Assembly: GCA_041661245.1 (NCBI GenBank)
Contig: JBAZUY010000001.1
Coordinates: 156,355 to 220,354, forward strand
Origin: an archaeon
GTDB taxonomy: Archaea > Iainarchaeota > Iainarchaeia > Iainarchaeales > JAAZKV01
Length of the DNA: 64,000 nucleotides
Direction: 5' to 3'
The notes beneath the pieces were generated by a model that saw only the letters and a program-made list of their open reading frames with translations, ran no database searches and was not told where the DNA came from. The translations under genes and the position numbers were made by a program. Shown here piece by piece: positions 18,418 through 27,240 of this stretch. Each line of letters starts with the position of its first letter. Within the stretch, counting starts at the first letter, position 1.

Positions 18418-19203
18418 TTAAATAATGGACCTCATTACTTTTAGTCTTTCTTTTGCGAACGCTTCGGACTCAACAAATGCGGAAGTTTTATCATTAATCG
18501 TATTTGAGGAAACCATAACCAATTCCCCGTTAGTAAGTGCAAATACTTTGTCTGAAAAAAGTAAAGCGTCATCAGGATTATGAGTGACAAAAATTGCAGA
18601 AATGTTTCGGGATTTAAGTATTTTTCTTAAATCTTTAATTAGTTTTTCTTTTACATTCCAATCAAGCGCACTAAAAGGTTCATCAAGCAAAAGCACTTTT
18701 GGATTAGCTGCCAAAGCTCTTGCAATCGCAACGCGTTGTTTTAATCCCCCCGAAAGTTCTTTTGGGAGTTTATCTTTATCATCAAGAACCCCAAGCAGGA
18801 CTAAATTCTTCAAAACAATTTCCTCTTTTTCTTTATCAGTTACTTTTTTTGAAAGAAGCCCCAAAGCAACATTTTCATACGCATTCTTCCATTCAAGAAG
18901 ACCAAGTTCTTGGAACACCATTGCTGCAAAAATATCCCCCCTTGACTCGAGATGAACTATCTTTCCAGAAGTAGGAACACTAAAACCCGCAACTAAATTT
19001 AACAAAGTTGATTTACCAGATCCGTTCTTTCCGCAAACTGAAATTATTTCTCCGCAAGAAACTTTCAAATTAATGTTTGAAAGAAGAGAACGTTTTGTTT
19101 CCCCCTTTTGAGCACAAGGATAAGAAAAACTAACTCCTGAAAGATTAAGACAAAGTTCATTCACCATGCGAAACACTCCTCCAAGAAGTAAGTTTTGTTT
19201 CAA
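18418..19203 (-). CDS. ABC transporter ATP-binding protein (NitT/TauT family)
   Basis: Walker A GKNGSGKST, signature LSGGLKQR, Walker B LLLDEP. Overlaps the permease gene. Confidence 0.8.
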   Translation of the reverse strand: MKQNLLLGGVFRMVNELCLNLSGVSFSYPCAQKGETKRSLLSNINLKVSCGEIISVCGKNGSGKSTLLNLVAGFSVPTSGKIVHLESRGDIFAAMVFQELGLLEWKNAYENVALGLLSKKVTDKEKEEIVLKNLVLLGVLDDKDKLPKELSGGLKQRVAIARALAANPKVLLLDEPFSALDWNVKEKLIKDLRKILKSRNISAIFVTHNPDDALLFSDKVFALTNGELVMVSSNTINDKTSAFVESEAFAKERLKVMRSII

Positions 19204-19924
19204 TAACTTGAATTACTTTTTGTAAAATTAAACCAATTACCCCAATGATTAACATTGCTGAAATTACACTAGAAGTATTCAATGAAAAACGATTTATTTC
19301 AATGAAATACCCTAAACCCTGACTTGAAGCAATTATTTCCGCAGCAATAACACACATCCAAGCCCAGCCTATTGCAGTTTTACAACCATTAATCAAATAC
19401 GGAACTGAAAATGGAAATACTATATGAACAAATTTCTGACTAAATGTAAGGGAATAGTTCTTTGAAACTCTTTCACAAACAATTGGGAGCGAAGTAACTC
19501 CAAAATACACACTTGTAAATACTGGAAAGAAACTTGCAAGAAAAATAATAAAAAATGCAGAAGCATCCCCAATACCAAACCACAATATTGCAAGTGGAAT
19601 CCATGCAATTGGAGGAATTGGACGAAGTAACTCAATTATTGGCTTAAGCACTGCATCAATGTATTTGTTCATCCCAGTCAAATACCCTAGAGTACTTCCT
19701 AGAATTAATCCTAACAAAAATCCAATTATTGCCCTGTTTAATGTTGCTAAAATATGAGGAAATATTTCCCCTGTAAAAATTAAAGTAATTAAACTCTCAA
19801 ATACTTCCAATGGCCCTGGAAAAATGAAACTGTTGAAAAGCATTGCAAAAGTTGCCCATATTGAAATGAAGAGAATTGCAGCAAAAACTGCCCCCATCCA
19901 TTTCAATAAATGCTTTTCAACCAT
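19157..19924 (-). CDS. ABC transporter permease (NitT/TauT family)
   Basis: Six-TM ABC permease pattern, immediately upstream of the ATPase. Confidence 0.75.
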   Translation of the reverse strand: MVEKHLLKWMGAVFAAILFISIWATFAMLFNSFIFPGPLEVFESLITLIFTGEIFPHILATLNRAIIGFLLGLILGSTLGYLTGMNKYIDAVLKPIIELLRPIPPIAWIPLAILWFGIGDASAFFIIFLASFFPVFTSVYFGVTSLPIVCERVSKNYSLTFSQKFVHIVFPFSVPYLINGCKTAIGWAWMCVIAAEIIASSQGLGYFIEINRFSLNTSSVISAMLIIGVIGLILQKVIQVIETKLTSWRSVSHGE

Positions 19925-19937
19925 TTTTTCACCAATT

Positions 19938-20933
19938 TTAGTTTACCATTGACAAATCTACTTTGCTATTGAAATCATATCCTTTCTTTAGTATGTTTTG
20001 ATCTCTTGCAAAATCTACTCTTGATTGCAAATCAATTATATCCTCTAAAGTCAAGTCAAAATTCACTTGAGCAATTGTATTTGCATCAAAATTTGGATCT
20101 GTGTAAGAGATTTTTTTTACCACATCTAGATTCATTTTTGCATCTTCTGAAACCCAAGCATATACTTTGTCTTTGTTTTGTGCAAAGTAAAGACTTGATT
20201 CTTTCATTGAATCCATGAATGCTTTTGCAGCACTAGGATTTTTAGCAATGAACTCTTTAGACATTGTTACAATTGCATAATCTTTTTCGCACACAATAGT
20301 TTCCGCTAGACCTTTAGATTCAAGAGCAACCATTGTACTTTTTCCCCACCCAACCCCATCAACTTGGTTTGAACTCAAAGCTGAAGCAAAATCATTTGGA
20401 CCAATATTAACCAAAGTTACATCTTTGTTTGGAACAAGTCCATTCTTTGCTAATTGCTGATAAACAACAATGAATGGCCCAGAACCAAAAGGAACACCAA
20501 ATTTTTTTCCTTTCAAATCCGCAACAGTACTAATTCCCGAACCTGTTTTTGCTAATAAGCAATCATCAAAGTAAGCGAATTTTCCAACAACTTCCCAACT
20601 AGGATCTTTTTCCAATAAGAATGAAGTTGGAGCCCAACCCATTAACATTACATCCAAATTTTTTGCTGCCGCTGCCTCAGACATTGGAGGACCAGTTAAA
20701 AATGCAGTAAATTTTCCTTCAAGTCCATTCTTTTCTAATATATCTGTTTTAATTAAAGGCTCAGAAACATAAGCGCTCTCCGCGAATGTATTAATCCACC
20801 CTACTCTAACCACATTAGTTTCTTTTGAAGCACTAAGCCCAAAAAACCCGCTTTGCGCTCCAAAGTTCACCGCAACAGCCAAAACAGCTATTGCAAGTAC
20901 TACTCCAATAACTAAACCAATATTCTTATTCAT
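19938..20933 (-). CDS. ABC transporter substrate-binding protein (NMT1/SsuA-like)
   Basis: Signal/TM N-terminus, 331 aa, first gene of the SBP-permease-ATPase operon. Confidence 0.65.
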   Translation of the reverse strand: MNKNIGLVIGVVLAIAVLAVAVNFGAQSGFFGLSASKETNVVRVGWINTFAESAYVSEPLIKTDILEKNGLEGKFTAFLTGPPMSEAAAAKNLDVMLMGWAPTSFLLEKDPSWEVVGKFAYFDDCLLAKTGSGISTVADLKGKKFGVPFGSGPFIVVYQQLAKNGLVPNKDVTLVNIGPNDFASALSSNQVDGVGWGKSTMVALESKGLAETIVCEKDYAIVTMSKEFIAKNPSAAKAFMDSMKESSLYFAQNKDKVYAWVSEDAKMNLDVVKKISYTDPNFDANTIAQVNFDLTLEDIIDLQSRVDFARDQNILKKGYDFNSKVDLSMVN

Positions 20934-20975
20934 TTACTCACCGTAGTAAGTTTCTTTCGCCGGGCATATATACTT

Positions 20976-21770
20976 ATGTGGTATTGGTACAACACCACAT
21001 TTATAAAAAGATTGACAGTTAGTCTTTGTATGGACTTTTCAATAATAAAAAAGCTTGGACTCTCTGATGGAGAAATAAAAGTTTATGAAGTTTTGTTAAG
21101 TAAAGGGGCCTCCCAATTAAATGTGATTCATGAATCAACAGGAATTGAGAGAAGAAACATATATGACATCTTAAACAAATTAATTGAGAGAGGACTTGTA
21201 ACTTACATTAACGAAAATAGAAAGCGAAAATTTCACATCAGCCACCCAAATCAATTAATCCATTATATCGAAGAGAAAGAAAGTGAACTTGAGAAAGTAA
21301 AAGAAGATCTTTCAAAAGAACTCCCGCCCCTAATAAAACAATTTAATGCACGAAGAGAATCCCCAACTGTAGAAGTTTACCGTGGAGAAGAAGGACTAAA
21401 AGCGGTTTGGGAAGATTCCCTAAATTATCCCGAGCTATACTGGATTGGGGCTGGGAGATATATTCCAAAACAAATGCCCACTTGGTTTAATTACTGGAAC
21501 AAAAAAAGACTTAAGAAAAAAGTTGTTTGGCACAACTTACTTCGATATGAGCTTAAAAAAGAAACTAAAGAAATGGAATATGAAGAAATCAAATTCCTCC
21601 CTGAAGAGTTTAGTAAAAACCCAACTGTAATCGGAATTTATGGAGATAATACTATTAACGTTTGGACAGCAAAAGGATTCTATTTCGTAGTACTAATCAA
21701 AGATAAAGCAATGGCTGAAAACTATATAGCATATTTCAAATATCTTTGGGATAATGTTGCAAAGAGATAA
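20976..21770 (+). CDS. TrmB-family HTH transcriptional regulator
   Basis: LSDGEIKVYEVLLSKGASQLNVIHESTGIERRNIYDILNKLIERGLV is the TrmB winged-HTH pattern. True start likely MDFSII... Confidence 0.7.
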   Translation: MWYWYNTTFIKRLTVSLCMDFSIIKKLGLSDGEIKVYEVLLSKGASQLNVIHESTGIERRNIYDILNKLIERGLVTYINENRKRKFHISHPNQLIHYIEEKESELEKVKEDLSKELPPLIKQFNARRESPTVEVYRGEEGLKAVWEDSLNYPELYWIGAGRYIPKQMPTWFNYWNKKRLKKKVVWHNLLRYELKKETKEMEYEEIKFLPEEFSKNPTVIGIYGDNTINVWTAKGFYFVVLIKDKAMAENYIAYFKYLWDNVAKR

Positions 21771-21791
21771 ACAGGACTTTACCCCTTACCG

Positions 21792-21850
21792 GCAAAACGC
21801 TTGTGTTTTGGATAAACCCACCTACCCCTGGCAAAACGCTTGTGTTTTGC
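21792..21850 (+). promoter_or_regulatory. Two copies of inverted repeat GCAAAACgcttgtGTTTTGC plus motif copies and TATA-like CTTTAAATA upstream of the radical-SAM gene
   Basis: Read directly: the inverted repeat occurs at 21792-21810 and 21831-21850. Confidence 0.5.
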
Positions 21851-21903
21851 ACCGGCAAAACACTTCCTCTGCTCTTTAAATACCAAAAAATAACAACTAA
21901 TTC

Positions 21904-23250
21904 ATGATTCTTGAGAAACTACAAAAACTAGGAATGGCTGCTAGTTACGATTCATGCGGGGGAGGAAAAGAAAAATCCTTTAGAGAATATGGAATACCAT
22001 ATGAGTATCAAAATTTTATTTACAATTGCACACAATCAAGTGAAAATGTATTCACAAGAAAAGTAATGAATAGTGCAAATAAATCAAATTTAAGGAACAC
22101 AAAACTCTATGAGAAGCAAGAGGTTACAACTCAAGATAAAAAAGAGTTGTGGGGCAAAATGTCAAAAGTTCTTCCAACTTCAAAAAGAGAAGAACTAAAC
22201 AAACCCAATAAGTGCTTACTAATGAAAGTACTTCAAGACAATACCTGTGTTCATGATTGCAATTATTGTGTTAACACTACTTGCAAACAAAAAGTCAGTC
22301 TTGAACCAAAAGAACTAGCTGATTCATTTGAATACTTATGGAAGAATGGATACACAACAGGATTATTTCTTAGCAGCGCAGTACACGGCACACCCGAACT
22401 CAGCACTGAAAAAATGATTGCAAGTACGCGCTTACTCCGCGAAAGAGGATACAAAGGATACATTCACATGAAAGTACTCCCTGACACACCGGATTATTTA
22501 ATTAAAGAAATGGCACTTTATGCAAACAGACTATCAATCAATATTGAATCAACTACCACTCAAGGCTTTGAAGAAATCACTACAACAAAAAACTACAAAG
22601 AAGGAGTATTAAGAAAAATTAATACGCTTGATTTGATTAAGAGGAAAGTTGATCGTGAACAAAACAAAAACGCAGGTTGGTTTTGTGACAATGACCAAGT
22701 AGAAAATGGAACTGATATGCGATTCAAGTCATTTACTACCCAAATAATTATTGGTGCAAACGAAGAAACTGATCAAAACATTTTAGATAGAATGAACTCA
22801 CTCTACGAAGAAACTCAACTCTATAGAACCTACTTCTCCGCTTTCTCCCCAGTAGAAGGAACTGCATTTGAGAAAAGAAAAGCTGAAGACAAAACACGCG
22901 AACATAGATTGTATGAGACTGATTGGTTGTTCCGAGTGTATGGATTCACGAAAAAAACAATTGAAAGTGGACTTAATGAATATGGAAATCTTCCCCGAAC
23001 ACAAGATGTAAAGGAAAGCATTGCGATTGCGAACAAACAACTCTTTCCACTTGACCTTAACTCTGCAACACGAGAAGAACTCTTACTCGTGCCAGGATTT
23101 GGACCAAAAACTGTTGAAAAAGTACTACAAGTACGCGAAGAAAAAAGAATAAGAGAATTTACTGATCTGCTTGAAGTCGGAGTAAGAATCTCAAAATCAA
23201 AAAACTATTTGAATATTGAAGGAAAACAATCAAAACTAACTTGGTACTAA
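21904..23250 (+). CDS. Radical SAM protein with C-terminal helix-hairpin-helix (putative DNA modification/repair radical SAM family)
   Basis: CxxxCxxC motif CVHDCNYC; C-terminal HhH LLLVPGFGPKTVEKVL. Architecture is radical SAM plus a DNA-binding HhH. Confidence 0.65.
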   Translation: MILEKLQKLGMAASYDSCGGGKEKSFREYGIPYEYQNFIYNCTQSSENVFTRKVMNSANKSNLRNTKLYEKQEVTTQDKKELWGKMSKVLPTSKREELNKPNKCLLMKVLQDNTCVHDCNYCVNTTCKQKVSLEPKELADSFEYLWKNGYTTGLFLSSAVHGTPELSTEKMIASTRLLRERGYKGYIHMKVLPDTPDYLIKEMALYANRLSINIESTTTQGFEEITTTKNYKEGVLRKINTLDLIKRKVDREQNKNAGWFCDNDQVENGTDMRFKSFTTQIIIGANEETDQNILDRMNSLYEETQLYRTYFSAFSPVEGTAFEKRKAEDKTREHRLYETDWLFRVYGFTKKTIESGLNEYGNLPRTQDVKESIAIANKQLFPLDLNSATREELLLVPGFGPKTVEKVLQVREEKRIREFTDLLEVGVRISKSKNYLNIEGKQSKLTWY

Positions 23251-23275
23251 GATTTATTCAAAAACCACACACTAT

Positions 23276-24190
23276 TCAAATCCCGCTTTGGGATAATAAT
23301 ATCGCACCAATTACCATGATTCCAATAAAAAGTGCTTTTTGAAGAATAGATTGCTTAGAAATATTTTCCTTCCCCAACCAAGGCGCAAACAAAGTAATCA
23401 ACACGCCAATGGATAAAATGAAAAATGGCTGAAACCCATTCACAATTGAAACTAAGCCAAGCGGAGCAAGGAGAGTAACAAAAGAAAAAAGAAATGCAGC
23501 TAAGATGTTAATTATTTCATTAAAAATATTCAAACCCAATACTTTCCCAGAGTTCTTTTTGAAAACCGCAAAAAACTGTTCGCGATATTGCTTTTTTAGA
23601 AGTAATAAAAGCCCAAAAAGGAAAAATCCTATTTGTTCCCAAAACAGAGTAGTAAAAAAATCTGTTTGAACAGCAACATATTTTAGAATCACATAACTTA
23701 AAGCAATTAAAAAAGAAGCAAACAACATATATGCCAAAACTTTTTTGTTAAAGTGCAATTTTCTAGAGATAAAATTAGTTGAAAGTCCAAACGCACCAAA
23801 TACAATTAACGCACCAGCAACTAATTGCAACCCTGATAAACTTTCCCCCAAAATCAAGAAACTTAAGATTACTCCAAACACCGGAATTGATTGAAAAATT
23901 GGAACAACTTTTGAGGCCTCATCAAGCTTAAGCGCCCAAAAATAAGGAAACATGTAAAGAATGTAAATAAAACCTACAAAAATCATTACAAGTGCGTAAA
24001 ATAAAGAAATCGAGAAAACTGCAGGGTGAATTAAATAAATTACAGGGAGAGTCAAAAGACTAATAAAACTTGAGAACAAAATTAATGCCCCAGTTTCACC
24101 CTTAAAGTAGCCATCAATTAAATATTTGTCAATTCTATTACTAAGCGCAAAAAGAAACGGAGGAATCAATGCAAGCCAAAGCCAATCCAT
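23276..24190 (-). CDS. Polytopic membrane transporter (EamA/DMT-like)
   Basis: About 10 predicted TM helices; 304 aa. Confidence 0.5.
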   Translation of the reverse strand: MDWLWLALIPPFLFALSNRIDKYLIDGYFKGETGALILFSSFISLLTLPVIYLIHPAVFSISLFYALVMIFVGFIYILYMFPYFWALKLDEASKVVPIFQSIPVFGVILSFLILGESLSGLQLVAGALIVFGAFGLSTNFISRKLHFNKKVLAYMLFASFLIALSYVILKYVAVQTDFFTTLFWEQIGFFLFGLLLLLKKQYREQFFAVFKKNSGKVLGLNIFNEIINILAAFLFSFVTLLAPLGLVSIVNGFQPFFILSIGVLITLFAPWLGKENISKQSILQKALFIGIMVIGAILLSQSGI

Positions 24191-24289
24191 AATAAAAGAA
24201 AGAAAACTTCAATTTTTAACTTTGTGGTATTAAAAAATATGTCCAGGAAATAGTGCCCTTCGAGATAATTTAAAAAGTACAAAGTAGTA

Positions 24290-24910
24290 ATGAATAGTAT
24301 GAACTCGCCAGGAAAAAAATCTATTTTGAAGAAAGCAATCTACAAATTAGGAAAAACACGAACTGAAGAGGTAAACTCCAGAATAAAAAGCATAAATCGA
24401 AGACTTGCTAATCGAGATCTCACTAAGGCACGATTCACACTTGTTGAACCATATCACCCGCAATCGTTAGGGCACCTTAAAAGAAATGGACTCCTATTCA
24501 ATCCAAATAAAGGAGGAAACTGTTCAGGGTATGCAACAAGAATTGCAACCGCGGTTTTTGGCAAACAATACACTAGGGGCGCGGCTTGGGAGCTTGCAGC
24601 ATTAAATGAAGTAAGTTACAGAAAACCAAAGAATGCAATTGAAATAAGCAAACAAAGATTGTTAAGACTGATAAGAAAGAATGTGATTAGGCCCGGAACA
24701 ATAATTGGAATATATTACCCAAATAGCCCACAAAATATTAAAGGAAGAGAAAATACTCACGTAATGACTTACGCAGGAGAAGGACAATTTTGGCACAACT
24801 ATGGGGGGCCAAGAGCAATTTCAATAGACTCCATTTACAGTAAAACAAACAAAGAGGGCGAGAGAGTTTTCTTCCCAGTGATTGTGATTAATCCAAAAAG
24901 GACGAAATAA
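24290..24910 (+). CDS. NlpC/P60-like papain-fold peptidase/amidase
   Basis: Catalytic-Cys block GGNCSGYATRI (compare DCSGF) and His block THVMTYAGEGQFWHNYG (compare HVGIYIGNGQFIHA). Basic N-terminus; no signal peptide seen. Confidence 0.5.
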   Translation: MNSMNSPGKKSILKKAIYKLGKTRTEEVNSRIKSINRRLANRDLTKARFTLVEPYHPQSLGHLKRNGLLFNPNKGGNCSGYATRIATAVFGKQYTRGAAWELAALNEVSYRKPKNAIEISKQRLLRLIRKNVIRPGTIIGIYYPNSPQNIKGRENTHVMTYAGEGQFWHNYGGPRAISIDSIYSKTNKEGERVFFPVIVINPKRTK

Positions 24911-24939
24911 AAATAAAGAGCTTAAAATAAAAAAAAGCA

Positions 24940-24986
24940 TTGGCTTAATTAGGCCAACACTTTCGTACTCGCAACTATGCGAGTAC
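24940..24986. terminator. Two hairpins between convergent genes, likely bidirectional terminator
   Basis: Hairpins TTGGCttaattagGCCAA and GTACTCGCAactaTGCGAGTAC (9-bp stem) between convergent genes, flanked by A/T runs. Confidence 0.45.
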
Positions 24987-26141
24987 TTTTGCTTCAGCCT
25001 TTAGTTTATCAGCAAGATCTGTTTTTTCCCAAGTGAAATCAGGATCATTTCTTCCAAAGTGACCATAAGCAGCAGTCTTTCTATAAATTGGTCTTCTTAA
25101 GTTCAATCTATCAAGAATGTCTTTTGGTTTAAGTGGGAAATACTTTCGCACTAAAACAACTATTTTGTCTTCAGAGATTGTATTTGTCCCAAACGTATCA
25201 ACAAATATTCCTGTAGGTTCAGCAACTCCGATTGCATAAGCTAATTGAACTTCACATTTAGTTGCAAGCCCTGCAGCAACAATATTTTTTGCAATATACC
25301 TTGCAGCATATGCAGCACTTCTATCAACTTTAGTTGGGTCTTTTCCAGAGAAAGCTCCTCCTCCGTGTCTACCCATCCCACCATAAGTATCTACAATTAT
25401 TTTTCTTCCAGTTACACCAGTGTCCCCTTCAGGCCCACCAATAACAAACTTCCCAGTTGCATTAATGTGAATCTTTGTATCCTTGTCAAGCATACTGCCG
25501 CAAACAGGAGTGATAACCTTTTCAAAAATGTCTTTCTTTAGTTGAGCCTCAGAAACTATTTCTAAGTGTTGTTGTGCAATAACAACTGCCTCAATTCTTT
25601 TTGGTTTACCATCATCATATTCAATAGTAACTTGAGTTTTTCCATCAGGACCAAGATCTTTTATGATACCTTTTTTTCTCACTTCAGCAAGTTTCATTGC
25701 TAATTTATGCGCAAGCATTATTGGTAATGGCATTAATTCAGGAGTTTCATTGCAAGCAAAACCAAACATCATTCCTTGATCTCCAGCACCCTGTTCTTTG
25801 TTTGAAGATTCATTAACTCCTTGAGAAATGTCAGGAGATTGACCATGTAAAGAAACCCAAACACCAGCATCTTCCCCATCAATTCCAAATAAAGGATTAG
25901 TATATCCAATTTCTTTTAGCACAGTTCTTGCAACTTTTTGCACGTCAACGTAACCTTTAGTAGTAACTTCTCCAGCAACGTGAATTGATCCTGTTGTAGT
26001 TAAAGTTTCAACAGCAACTCTTGAGTAAGGATCTTGTTTTAGTAATTCATCAAGCACTCCATCTGAAACTTGATCACAAATTTTATCAGGGTGTCCTTCA
26101 GTCACACTCTCTGATGTAAAAAAATATTTCTTCTGTTCCAT
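24975..26141 (-). CDS. metK: S-adenosylmethionine synthetase, bacterial/eukaryotic MetK type
   Basis: N-terminal [22 protein letters not shown] is the canonical MetK signature; 388 aa. Confidence 0.9.
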   Translation of the reverse strand: MEQKKYFFTSESVTEGHPDKICDQVSDGVLDELLKQDPYSRVAVETLTTTGSIHVAGEVTTKGYVDVQKVARTVLKEIGYTNPLFGIDGEDAGVWVSLHGQSPDISQGVNESSNKEQGAGDQGMMFGFACNETPELMPLPIMLAHKLAMKLAEVRKKGIIKDLGPDGKTQVTIEYDDGKPKRIEAVVIAQQHLEIVSEAQLKKDIFEKVITPVCGSMLDKDTKIHINATGKFVIGGPEGDTGVTGRKIIVDTYGGMGRHGGGAFSGKDPTKVDRSAAYAARYIAKNIVAAGLATKCEVQLAYAIGVAEPTGIFVDTFGTNTISEDKIVVLVRKYFPLKPKDILDRLNLRRPIYRKTAAYGHFGRNDPDFTWEKTDLADKLKAEAKVLA

Positions 26142-26347
26142 TCTAAAACCTCCAAAAAAACTATCCGACTAGTTCAAAACCCAAAACGAGGGGTTAATTA
26201 CTAGTTGCTGATTAGTTGCTGACTAGTGATAGGAGGTTTGAAGGGTAATTTAAACCTTTCCAAGGAAAAAATCAATTTAGTTGCTGCAACAGCACTGCAA
26301 TAGAACTGTTGAGATAATTTTTGACTTGAAACAAAAAGGTGGATAAA

Positions 26348-26509
26348 ATGAAACAAGAAAACAGAGTGAGCCCATATTTTTCTGATGAACAAGTAAAAAT
26401 TATTGATGAACTAATAGATAAAATTGGGTGCACAAGAGCGGACGTAGTAAAACAACTCGCACTAATCAAATTAACAGAAATGGGTTACTTTAATAAAAAT
26501 AAAAAATAA
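26348..26509 (+). CDS. Small ribbon-helix-helix-like protein (53 aa; not in ORF track, below size cut-off)
   Basis: Hand-translated MKQENRVSPYFSDEQVKIIDELIDKIGCTRADVVKQLALIKLTEMGYFNKNKK, an RHH/CopG-like pattern. Confidence 0.35.
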   Translation: MKQENRVSPYFSDEQVKIIDELIDKIGCTRADVVKQLALIKLTEMGYFNKNKK

Positions 26510-26734
26510 TTATTCAAGCATTGATTTAACCCAAAGCTCGATTTTTCTCTTTGATGCATTCGGCCCAAACTTTTTTCTTGCAAGAGTAAGGAGTTCTAAC
26601 TTGGAAGGATCTATCCAGGGTTTATTTCTTGCCGCCCTAGTTGCCCTTGCGCTTTTTGTAAAAAGTCTTTTGCTTAGTACTGCTTTCGGCACGCCCGCAA
26701 ATATTCTTCCAGTCATAGGAAAATAATTTTCCAA
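26510..26734 (-). CDS. Small highly basic protein, function unknown
   Basis: 74 aa, K/R-rich. Weak resemblance to the L19e N-terminus (KPWIDPSK) but too short. Confidence 0.3.
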   Translation of the reverse strand: MENYFPMTGRIFAGVPKAVLSKRLFTKSARATRAARNKPWIDPSKLELLTLARKKFGPNASKRKIELWVKSMLE

Positions 26735-26804
26735 AAAGATTATTAATGCCCTCTAAAACACCCCCAAACACTAAATATAAATAGACTAAATCCCAAAGAT
26801 AAAC

Positions 26805-27209
26805 ATGGCAAAAAAGATAAACTACACTGAAACCAAAGGATTTGTTGTTTGGATTGAAGAAGGAATTGCAAGAGTCAAAGTGAAACCAAACGCAGAAATT
26901 GACTTAATGGACGTTGTGTGTTACGAGAAGGCGATTACTTGTTTTGCAAAAAATACTCCTATGCTGGTAATCTTTGATATTCGCGAATTATTATCCATTT
27001 CAGACCCTGCATTAAATTATTTGCTTACTAATGAAAAAACCATGAAACCACTCACGATTGCGGCTGCGATACTTTTTTCATTCCCCACAATGAGGATAAG
27101 ACTTATTCTTAACGTCCTAACACTATTAAAAAAACCACCTTTTCCAATGAAAGTTTTCATGGATGAAAAAAAAGCACTTGCTTGGCTGAAATCCTTTCCC
27201 CAAAGATAA
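26805..27209 (+). CDS. Hypothetical protein, paralog of 15267..15722
   Basis: Shared C-terminal block with the paralog (KVFMDEKKALAWLKSF). Confidence 0.45.
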   Translation: MAKKINYTETKGFVVWIEEGIARVKVKPNAEIDLMDVVCYEKAITCFAKNTPMLVIFDIRELLSISDPALNYLLTNEKTMKPLTIAAAILFSFPTMRIRLILNVLTLLKKPPFPMKVFMDEKKALAWLKSFPQR

Positions 27210-27240
27210 GGATTAGATTAATTGACTTATTTAATCAATT

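Noticed and set aside
26142-26340. Possible SAM riboswitch upstream of metK
   Set aside because: I looked for S-box/SAM-II-like conserved cores and did not find them. Archaea rarely use riboswitches.
26201-26469. Two overlapping minus-strand ORFs in the metK leader
   Set aside because: Their translations are hydrophobic and low-complexity, and they overlap the plus-strand RHH-like ORF and the tandem repeats. They are more likely non-coding leader sequence.
26510-26734. Ribosomal protein L19e
   Set aside because: Only a short KPWIDPSK resemblance to the L19e N-terminus. At 74 aa the ORF is far too short, and the remainder does not match L19e.
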